From assembly GCA_963734545.1 (NCBI GenBank), contig CAVTHO010000007.1, positions 193,236-257,235 on the forward strand: DNA of 64,000 nucleotides, given 5' to 3'. The notes beneath the pieces were generated by a model. It saw nothing but the letters and a program-made list of their open reading frames with translations. It did no database searches and was not told where the DNA came from. Each line of letters starts with the position of its first letter. The first letter of the stretch is position 1. Position numbers and translations under genes: made by a program. The DNA is from an uncultured Spirochaetota bacterium. Lineage in GTDB: Bacteria > Spirochaetota > Spirochaetia > SZUA-6 > Fen-1364. This document shows positions 49,792-56,827 of this stretch, piece by piece.

Positions 49792-50522
49792 CGGATCCCC
49801 GCGGCGCTGTTGTCGGAAAGCGGCTCTCCGGCATCGGCCGCATCGCGGGCTTTTGCTCGGCAAAAGGCGGCGTCGGAAAAACAATGTGCACGGCGGTGGC
49901 AGGCATCGCGCTTGCCGGCCAGGGGAAAAAGGTCGGACTCCTCGACCTGGACCTGCAGGGCGCGTCCGCGCACGTCTTCCTCGGTGTGCAACCGGGATTG
50001 CCGAAGGAGGACAAGGGGATCCTCCCGCTTTCTGTCCTGAAGAACCTGTGCCTGATGAGTGTGACGTCGTTTACCGGAGAGCATCCGCTTGCGCTCCGGG
50101 GTGCCGAGGTGTCAGATGCGCTTCGTGAGCTCCTGGCCGTCACTCAGTGGGGCACGCTGGACTATCTCTTCATCGATATGCCGCCGGGCATCGGGGACGA
50201 GGTGCTCGATCTCGCCCGGTTGATACCCCGAATGGAGGCGATCGTCGTCTCCACGCCGTCACCGGTTTCCGTGGCAGTGGTGGAGAGGCTGATGGCGGTT
50301 CTTGCGGAAATGCGCATTTCCGTGCCGGGCGTGATCGCCAACATGGTGCGGGACGGCGCGGAAACGGTGAACGATCTGGCGCGGCGCTGCGGCGTGCCTT
50401 TCGCCGGTGAGGTGCCGTTTGAGCCCGGCATCGAGAGCGCTGTCGGCGCTCCCGGCGCGCTCGGCCGCACGGGAGCGGCGGCCGCCCTCCTCCGCGCGCT
50501 GGCAGCAATGCGATTTGCCTAG
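49788..50522 (+). CDS. Mrp/MinD-family P-loop ATPase (candidate non-canonical HypB)
   Basis: GTGA overlap with hypA (alternative GTG at 49782). Deviant Walker A CSAKGGVGKT. LDYLFIDMPPGIGDE. Confidence 0.8.
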   Translation: MTDPRGAVVGKRLSGIGRIAGFCSAKGGVGKTMCTAVAGIALAGQGKKVGLLDLDLQGASAHVFLGVQPGLPKEDKGILPLSVLKNLCLMSVTSFTGEHPLALRGAEVSDALRELLAVTQWGTLDYLFIDMPPGIGDEVLDLARLIPRMEAIVVSTPSPVSVAVVERLMAVLAEMRISVPGVIANMVRDGAETVNDLARRCGVPFAGEVPFEPGIESAVGAPGALGRTGAAAALLRALAAMRFA

Positions 50523-50609
50523 TGCGCCGCGGTATTCCGCGGATTCAGTGCGCCGCGGTATTCCGCGGATTCAGTGCGCCGCGGTATTCCGCGGATTCGG
50601 GGCGCCGCG
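50521..50609 (+). repeat. 3.4 x 26-bp tandem repeat of the CCGCGG hairpin family
   Basis: agtgcgccgcggtattccgcggattc x3, overlapping the stop codon of the ATPase gene. An inverted partial copy, gaatccgcgg, lies at 50634-50643. Confidence 0.9.
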
Positions 50610-50666
50610 TCTGCCGGGCGTGGTTGATGCCTTGAATCCGCGGAGCACTGCGGCAGGGGGGAACGG

Positions 50667-50969
50667 ATGAGTGTCTTCGAAATCACCATGCTCGTGTGCT
50701 TCGGCGCCGCATGGCCCGTTTCCATCTACAAGTCCCTGAAATCCCGCCAGGTGGCCGGAAAGAGCCTGCCCTTCCTGGTCATCATTCTGATCGGTTATGG
50801 CGCAGGCGTTCTGCACAAACTGCTGTATCACTACGACGCGGTGATATTCCTGTACCTCCTCAACGCCCTCATGGTGGCATTCGACATCTTCCTCTACCTC
50901 CGCAACAGGCTCTACCATGTGCGTCGCAGTCTCCTCGAGGCCGGCGACAGATCGAAGGAGGGTCACTGA
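50667..50969 (+). CDS. small 3-TM membrane protein (PQ-loop/SemiSWEET-like topology, unverified)
   Basis: 100 aa with three hydrophobic helices. Immediately precedes the flavodoxin gene. Confidence 0.5.
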   Translation: MSVFEITMLVCFGAAWPVSIYKSLKSRQVAGKSLPFLVIILIGYGAGVLHKLLYHYDAVIFLYLLNALMVAFDIFLYLRNRLYHVRRSLLEAGDRSKEGH

Positions 50970-50970
50970 C

Positions 50971-51462
50971 ATGAAGGTGCTCATCGCATATCGATCGAAA
51001 TACGGTGCCACGGAGACCTGCGCCCATGCGCTTGCGGAACGGATCAAGGCGGAAACCGCGCTCGCAGACCTGCGAATCCGTCACACGCCGGATGTGCACG
51101 CATTCGACGTCGTGCTGATAGGCGGATCGATCTACGGGGGCAGGATCCAGCGGGAAGTGACCTCGTTCTGTGAGCGTCGCGGGGAGCTGCTGCTGCAAAG
51201 AAGGACCGGACTGTTTCTCTGCTGTCTCTCTCAAGGGGAGCACGCACGGGAGCAGCTTCAGGCCGCTTTCCCTGAATGGCTCTCCGCGCACGCGTTTGCG
51301 TGCAGTCTTTTCGGCGGGGACCTGCGCTATGACAGGCTCACCCTCCTGGACAGGCTGCTCGTGCGGGGTCTCCCCCGGCCTCCGCGCGGAGTTTCGCTCC
51401 TGGACACGGATGCCATCGCGGACATGGCCGATATCGTGAACTCATTCCTGCCGGGCGCGTAG
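50971..51462 (+). CDS. flavodoxin-domain protein, HemG-like
   Basis: MKVLIAYRSKYGATE.., VLIGGSIYGG and FGGDLRYDRLTLLDRLL resemble long-chain HemG-type flavodoxins. Confidence 0.7.
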   Translation: MKVLIAYRSKYGATETCAHALAERIKAETALADLRIRHTPDVHAFDVVLIGGSIYGGRIQREVTSFCERRGELLLQRRTGLFLCCLSQGEHAREQLQAAFPEWLSAHAFACSLFGGDLRYDRLTLLDRLLVRGLPRPPRGVSLLDTDAIADMADIVNSFLPGA

Positions 51463-51497
51463 CGCTGCCGCATCGGGTGGAGCGCCGCGGGGCAGGG

Positions 51498-52745
51498 CTA
51501 CTGCACGAGGGCGTCGGCCACCAGCTTGGACAGGAACTCCACCCGCATGCCGAGGCCGTAGTGCGCGTTGATGTCGGTGAGCTGGGTATGGCAATTCTCA
51601 CAGGCCGTGCAGAGAATCGCCGCGCCTGAGGCCTTCATCTGGTCGGCCTTGACCTTAGCCGACTTCATCCGGAAATCCTGTTCCCCCATGGCGACAAGCC
51701 CGCCGCCCCCTCCGCAGCACCAGTTCCTGTCGCGATTGGGCTGAAGCTCGACGAAATCATTCGTCAGTTTGCTGATGACGTACCGCGGCTCCTCGATCAC
51801 GCCTCCGTTGCGCGCGATCTGGCACGGGTCGTGGTAGGTGAGCCTGCCCGCGAGCTTCGTGCCGTCCAGCCGGATTCTTCCCTCTCTCAAATAACGCGCG
51901 ATGAGCTCCACGAAGGCCACGACCTTGAAGGGATGCGCGCCGGTCATGTACTTCATGACCCTGAACGCGGTCCCGCATTCGACTATCGCGACCTCTTTCA
52001 CCTTGAGCCGGACGGCCTCGTCATGTATCCGCCGGGCGATTATCTGCGTCTTCTTCGGGTCTCCGAGAAACGCGGCGAAGTTCACCGCTTCGAATACGCT
52101 CAGAGTCCATTTTTCTCCCGCGGCATTCATGATGGCGGCGGCGGGCACGATGGAATGGCTGCCCGCCAGGGCCACGTAGAGAACGTCGGCGCCTTCCGCC
52201 TCCACGCTCACCGCATTCTGACCGGGCGATCCCGCCCAGAGGGCGCGGATCTCCGGCTCGAGGTTGCGCACGGCCTTCTCGAATCCCGGGCGGCTTTCCT
52301 CGACGCCGTCGGCCTTGGCGATGGACATGTCGGCGAGCATGGTGAGGAGCTTGGGCTCCTTGTCCGCGCCGATGAGGAGGAGCTTGGCGATGGACATGAT
52401 CATCTGCGTGTCGATTCCGAAGGGACAGAAGGTCATGCAGCGCCGGCAGCCCGTGCACGACCAGGCGGCATCGGACACGAGGTCCAGGGAGATATCGTCC
52501 ATGGGAAGGACTTCGCCGAGCCAGGGAGCGAACTTTCCCTCCAGCTTGAAATAGCGCTTGAAGATCTTGCGGATCACCTCGGCGCGGCCCACCGCCGTGT
52601 ACCGGGTCTGGGGCATGGAAGCGTATGCATGGCAGGCTTCCACGCAGACTCCGCAACGGGCGCACGTGTCCAGGTAGAGGCGCATCGCGCCATTGAGCCT
52701 GGTTTTGAACAGGTCCTTGAGCTTGCTGCGGGTGGTCTGGTCCAT
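51498..52745 (-). CDS. DsrK/HdrD-like iron-sulfur oxidoreductase (CCG-domain protein)
   Basis: Two ferredoxin motifs (CARCGVCVEAC, CTGCRRCMTFCP) and a C-terminal CCG domain (HDPCQ..NWCCGGGGG..CTACENC). Confidence 0.8.
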   Translation of the reverse strand: MDQTTRSKLKDLFKTRLNGAMRLYLDTCARCGVCVEACHAYASMPQTRYTAVGRAEVIRKIFKRYFKLEGKFAPWLGEVLPMDDISLDLVSDAAWSCTGCRRCMTFCPFGIDTQMIMSIAKLLLIGADKEPKLLTMLADMSIAKADGVEESRPGFEKAVRNLEPEIRALWAGSPGQNAVSVEAEGADVLYVALAGSHSIVPAAAIMNAAGEKWTLSVFEAVNFAAFLGDPKKTQIIARRIHDEAVRLKVKEVAIVECGTAFRVMKYMTGAHPFKVVAFVELIARYLREGRIRLDGTKLAGRLTYHDPCQIARNGGVIEEPRYVISKLTNDFVELQPNRDRNWCCGGGGGLVAMGEQDFRMKSAKVKADQMKASGAAILCTACENCHTQLTDINAHYGLGMRVEFLSKLVADALVQ

Positions 52746-52749
52746 GCCG

Positions 52750-53589
52750 CTACCTCCTCCTCAGCAGGTTGAGGGGTACGCTGAAAAAAGTGTGAATGAT
52801 CTTGGTGAAAGGCAGGACCATGAAAAAAAGGTCCGCGAGGAGCACGTGGATGACCGCGAAGTGGTAGTGGGAACCAGGGAGGACCGCGCGGGGATCGGCA
52901 AAGGAGAAGCGGAGGAGCCCGTCGAAGTACTTCGAGAAATCCTGCTTGGTCATGACGAAGCCGTGCGCTGTCCACGAGTTCCCCCAGCTCATGAGGTCAC
53001 CGAAGAGGAACAGGAAGAGAAGAAGGAGAAGAAGCAGGTAGTCGGCAGGCACGGATATCTCCCTGACCGGGCTCCTGAATCGCCTCATGATGAAGTAGAG
53101 AACAGGCAGCGTCACGGCAGCTCCCACCGCGCCGGCGCCCAGCATGTGGCGTGACTCAGGCCCGACGATGTTGATCTGCGGGAGTATGTCCAGGTGACCG
53201 AGGATCAGAAGCAGGAAGGCGACGTGGTAGATCATGAGGAAAATCCAGAAGAGGGGTTTGTGCGCCCTCACCTGGGGCATGGCAAAAGTGTCCACCAGGC
53301 TGGCAAGGCCGGGCCGCTTCGCTGCCGGGTACAGGCGCAGGGAGAATGCCTGCCGGGGGGCGCGCAGGATCGTCACGATGCGCCAGGTCACCCCCACCAC
53401 GAGTACAAGCACGGAGAGGTACACCAGCGGCACCATGATGACGTAGTCGATCCAGTTCACCACGAGGGCGAGCCCGGTGGGGGCCGCCGAAGCGATCGAG
53501 GCCGACGTGGCGGCATCGATCGCTCCCGGGGAGCCGGCCGCCGCGGCGGAGGCGGCGGTCACAGCGTCCGAAACTGCCTGTGCTGCCAT
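52750..53589 (-). CDS. DsrM/HdrE/NarI-like membrane cytochrome b
   Basis: About 5 TM helices with conserved His pairs (IYHVAFLLLILGH; HYHFAVIHV..KIIH). 4-nt gap to the DsrK-like gene. Confidence 0.72.
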   Translation of the reverse strand: MAAQAVSDAVTAASAAAAGSPGAIDAATSASIASAAPTGLALVVNWIDYVIMVPLVYLSVLVLVVGVTWRIVTILRAPRQAFSLRLYPAAKRPGLASLVDTFAMPQVRAHKPLFWIFLMIYHVAFLLLILGHLDILPQINIVGPESRHMLGAGAVGAAVTLPVLYFIMRRFRSPVREISVPADYLLLLLLLFLFLFGDLMSWGNSWTAHGFVMTKQDFSKYFDGLLRFSFADPRAVLPGSHYHFAVIHVLLADLFFMVLPFTKIIHTFFSVPLNLLRRR

Positions 53590-53603
53590 CCAGGTCTTCT
53601 CTC

Positions 53604-53843
53604 CTATTTCTGGCGCTTCACGAAGATCTTGATGACCCCCGGCTCCTGCCGCGATTCAAGAATTGCCTGCCCGGTTGTCTTGGCCCAGGCGGGGAAGTCC
53701 GCCAGGGACCCGGGATCCGTGGTATGCACCTCGATTACGTCGCCCACAGCGACTGAACCGATCACCTGGCTGATCTTGACAATGGGCATGGGACATGCGA
53801 GCCCCTTGTAGTCCAGTGTCTTGGCAATCGTGTAGTCCGCCAT
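53604..53843 (-). CDS. tusA: TusA/SirA-family sulfur carrier protein
   Basis: 79 aa. LDYKGLACPMPIV contains the catalytic-Cys CPxP motif. Confidence 0.9.
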   Translation of the reverse strand: MADYTIAKTLDYKGLACPMPIVKISQVIGSVAVGDVIEVHTTDPGSLADFPAWAKTTGQAILESRQEPGVIKIFVKRQK

Positions 53844-53864
53844 ATGACTCTTCCTTTCCGTTTC

Positions 53865-54407
53865 CTAGATGAAGAACTGGATGGCCGAATCCTTCGCATG
53901 CCCGAGCATCGTCGCCACGCCGCAGACCTCCAGACCGGGGTAATCGACCATTTCTTCCTTCTTGAATCCCATCAGGTCCATGGACATCTCGCAGATGTAG
54001 ATCTTCACGGCGAGCTGGCCCGCCACCTCGAGGAGCTGGTCCATGCTCGCGACGTTCTTTTTCTGCATGAGGCCTTTCAGCATGGCGGTGCCCATGCCGG
54101 CCATGTGCATCTGGGAGAGCTTCAGCTTGTTGCGGCCCTTCGGGAGCATCATGCCGAACATCTTCGACATGACGTTCTTGCCGTTCACGTGCTTCGCGGG
54201 GTCGCGCAGCGCGGCCGTCCCCCAGAAGGTGAAGAAGAGCACGACCTTCATGCCCATCGCAGCGGCCCCGGTGGCGATGATCATGGCAGCAAGCTGTTTG
54301 TCCAGGTCTCCCGAGAACACGATCATGGTTACCTTGTTCTCGGCGCCCGGCATGTCCCCTACCTTGGCCTTGAGCTCGGCGATTTCCTTTTCGACGTTCA
54401 GAGTCAT
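53865..54407 (-). CDS. DsrE/DsrF/DsrH-like family protein (DsrE_2 type)
   Basis: 180 aa. VTMIVFSGDLDK..VVLFFTFWG..KIYICEMSMDLMG, with a conserved Cys. Confidence 0.78.
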   Translation of the reverse strand: MTLNVEKEIAELKAKVGDMPGAENKVTMIVFSGDLDKQLAAMIIATGAAAMGMKVVLFFTFWGTAALRDPAKHVNGKNVMSKMFGMMLPKGRNKLKLSQMHMAGMGTAMLKGLMQKKNVASMDQLLEVAGQLAVKIYICEMSMDLMGFKKEEMVDYPGLEVCGVATMLGHAKDSAIQFFI

Positions 54408-54423
54408 ATCCTCGCTCCTTCCC

Positions 54424-54466
54424 TGACGCTCCTGGCGTCACTTCTCTCCGGACGCTCCCGGCGTCA
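54424..54466 (-). promoter_or_regulatory. duplicated hairpin module between arsR and the dsrE-like gene
   Basis: Plus-strand TGACGC-TCCTG-GCGTCA (54424-54440) and GACGC-TCCCG-GCGTC (54451-54465), forming a ~27-nt direct duplication. On the mRNA the loops read CAGGA and CGGGA. Confidence 0.5.
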
Positions 54467-54814
54467 TTTCTGCTTGACGGCGCCTGTGGCGCCTCTGTTC
54501 CGTATTGTCGCTGCCGGCACTTCCCTGTGACACCCTTCGAGGCACTTGACGAGGTCCCGCAGGCGCGGCTCAACCAGGGCATATCGGGCGAACCCTGCCT
54601 GCCGGGTGGCGGCAACAAGATGGCTCATCCGCAGGATGCGGAGCTGCTGCGACACGATAGCCTGCTTGAGATCCAGTCTCTCGGCAAGCCCGATGACGCT
54701 TTCCTCCCCTTCACACAGAATGGCCACTATGCCGAGCCGAGCGGGATGCGCCAGCGCCTTGAGCACATCTGCCAGGTGCGCAGCCCGCGGCCGTTCATCC
54801 GCCAGGCTTCCCAT
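54464..54814 (-). CDS. ArsR/SmtB-family transcriptional regulator (Cys34, Cys91, Cys95)
   Basis: HPARLGIVAILCEGEESVIGLAERL, recognition helix QAIVSQQLRILR, and C-terminal KCLEGCH. Confidence 0.88.
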   Translation of the reverse strand: MGSLADERPRAAHLADVLKALAHPARLGIVAILCEGEESVIGLAERLDLKQAIVSQQLRILRMSHLVAATRQAGFARYALVEPRLRDLVKCLEGCHREVPAATIRNRGATGAVKQK

Positions 54815-54845
54815 TTGCTCTCCTTCACTGTCTATTTGATTGTAG

Positions 54846-54880
54846 CGATATGACTATATCACGATATCCAAAATATGCAA
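54846..54880 (-). promoter_or_regulatory. sigma-70-like promoter (TTGCAT-16 nt-TATAGT) overlapped by a GATAT/ATATC operator-like triple repeat
   Basis: On the minus strand the -35 is at 54875-54880 and the -10 at 54853-54858. GATAT (54847), ATATC (54856) and GATAT (54863) cover the -10 and the spacer. Confidence 0.55.
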
Positions 54881-54930
54881 TATCTTTTTCGCACTTTTTT
54901 TCACGAGATACATGCGCGATGAAACGTGAA

Positions 54931-55440
54931 TCAGAACGCGAAAAGTATGCCGGCGTTCAGGTGGAAGACCCCCATGTTCCTGCTTCCCTCGAAGAGCACG
55001 TTGTATTTCGCCTGAACAAAGGCATCCAGGTTGCTGATGAGCCTGAATGCCGCTCCGCCCAGCAGGCCGACATGCGGCGCCAGGACGTCCGCAACCGTCG
55101 TGAGGCCGGGGCTCAACCCGGCAAACACATCGAAATCCCCCAGCGGCACGATGAATTTGAAAGCGAGGTCGACATCGGTGGCGTTTTGAGTGTCGAACTT
55201 GTAGAGCTCGGAAGAAGGAGTGATGTGGAACGTGGAAATGAGCGGGATGTTCACATAGAATCCCCAGTTGAAGCTCGGCTGCCCCTCGGTGTTGGGGATG
55301 TTCGTCGTGCTGCCCTGCGGAAACGCGGCTCCGAAAGAGAACCCGAGCCCTACTGATGTAGCGGATGGGTCAGCGGAAAGGGGCACGGCGGAGGAGAGGG
55401 CAAGGACGATGAGCACGAAAAGCGGGAGCATGCGCGGCAT
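54931..55440 (-). CDS. small outer-membrane beta-barrel protein
   Basis: Signal peptide MPRMLPLFVLIVLALSSAVPLSA, alternating beta-strand pattern and C-terminal ..AGILFAF. AAGGAGG RBS. 19-nt gap after the bgl gene. Confidence 0.75.
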   Translation of the reverse strand: MPRMLPLFVLIVLALSSAVPLSADPSATSVGLGFSFGAAFPQGSTTNIPNTEGQPSFNWGFYVNIPLISTFHITPSSELYKFDTQNATDVDLAFKFIVPLGDFDVFAGLSPGLTTVADVLAPHVGLLGGAAFRLISNLDAFVQAKYNVLFEGSRNMGVFHLNAGILFAF

Positions 55441-55459
55441 GGCGGTGTTCCTCCTTTCC

Positions 55460-56796
55460 CTACTGTAGCCCATTTGCCCGGATCAAGTCACGGTACCAGA
55501 ACGCGCTTTTTTTCCATTGACGGGCCTGCGTGGCGAAGTCAATCCGCAGCAGGCCGAAACGCATCGAGAGGCCCCAGTTCCACTCGAAGTTGTCCATCAG
55601 GCTCCAGTGGAAGTAGCCCCGGCAGTCCACCCCTTCGGCAATCGCGCGTCCGACCATGGCCACGTGATCCGAAAGGTAGGCAATACGCTCCTCGTCTTGC
55701 AGGGGGTCCTTCCCGGAAACCTCGACAAGGGGAAATCCGTTCTCGGTTATCACGCAGGGAGGGTTGCCGTACTTTTCCTTCAGCCGAAGCAGTATTGCAT
55801 GCAGGCCCTGCGGGTAGATCTCCCACATGGCGCTGCGGAGGGAGTCCGGCTTGACGTACTCACTCGCATGAAGATAGGGCATGAAGCGCGCCCATCGATA
55901 GTGGTTCCGCGTATAGTAGTTGATTCCGATGTAGGTGCCTGGTTTTTTCATTTCCCGCAGGTCGCTGTCCAGCGTGCGGGGAAGGAACCGGTGCAGCCTC
56001 CTGAGCATCCTCTCCGGGTAGATGCCGCGAAGCAGGGGATCCAGCACGGACCCGTTGGCCGCGTCGTCCATGAAGGCCGCTGCTTCCACGTCGCGGGCGC
56101 GGTTCTCATCCGCAGGGGAGACCCACACGGCGTGGTGCGCCAGCCCGATCATCCCCGGCCTGCCGGTTGCCGACCAGGCCTCGACCAGGCGTGCGTGGCC
56201 AAGAAGCAGATGGTGGGAGGCATGCATCATCCCCCGCAGCGCCAGCTTGCGCCCGGGGGAAACTCGCCGGTGCCGAATCCGAGGAAGGCATAGATGGTCG
56301 GCTCGTTGACCGTGATCCAATTCCTCACCCTGTCACCGAGCGCTCCGAACAACGCGGAGCCGAGCTCCACGAGGTGGTCGATTGCCGACCGATCGGTGAA
56401 GCCTCCCCTGCGCGACAGCCACAGCGGCTCCTCGAGGTGGAAAACGGTGATCCAGGGATCGATGCCGGCGGCAAGCACGCGGTCGACGAGCCTGCTGTAG
56501 AAATCGATCCCTGCCTGGTTCAGCCGTCCGGGCTCCGGGAAAATCCGGCCCCACCCGACGGAAAAACGATAGGCGTGGACGCCGAGATCACGCAAATGCC
56601 GGATGTCCTCCTCGTACCTGTGATAGTGGTCACAGGCGAAGTCGGCATTTGTTCCATCTTTGATCGTGCCTCGCCGATGGGAGAACTCGTGCCAATTCGT
56701 GGGGCCTGCCCCGTCCGCCAGGGGAGAGCCCTCGATCTGGTAGGCGGCGCTGGCCGCGCCCCATAGAAATCCCTTCGGAAATTCTGTTGTTTCCAT
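55460..56796 (-). CDS. GH1 beta-glucosidase (one frame break)
   Basis: FLWGAASAAYQIEG, TVNEP and ITENG catalytic motifs. The frames join at plus-strand GCCCGGGGGA (56251-56260), where one base is missing. Confidence 0.9.
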
Positions 56797-56827
56797 GGTG
56801 GGCTGATTATATGCTACGCTGACGCTC

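Noticed and set aside
50521-50609. CRISPR array (also considered for 276-352, 23403-23498 and 49245-49309)
   Set aside because: The units abut directly with no unique spacers, each array has only 2.5-4 copies, and there are no cas genes. These are tandem hairpin repeats.
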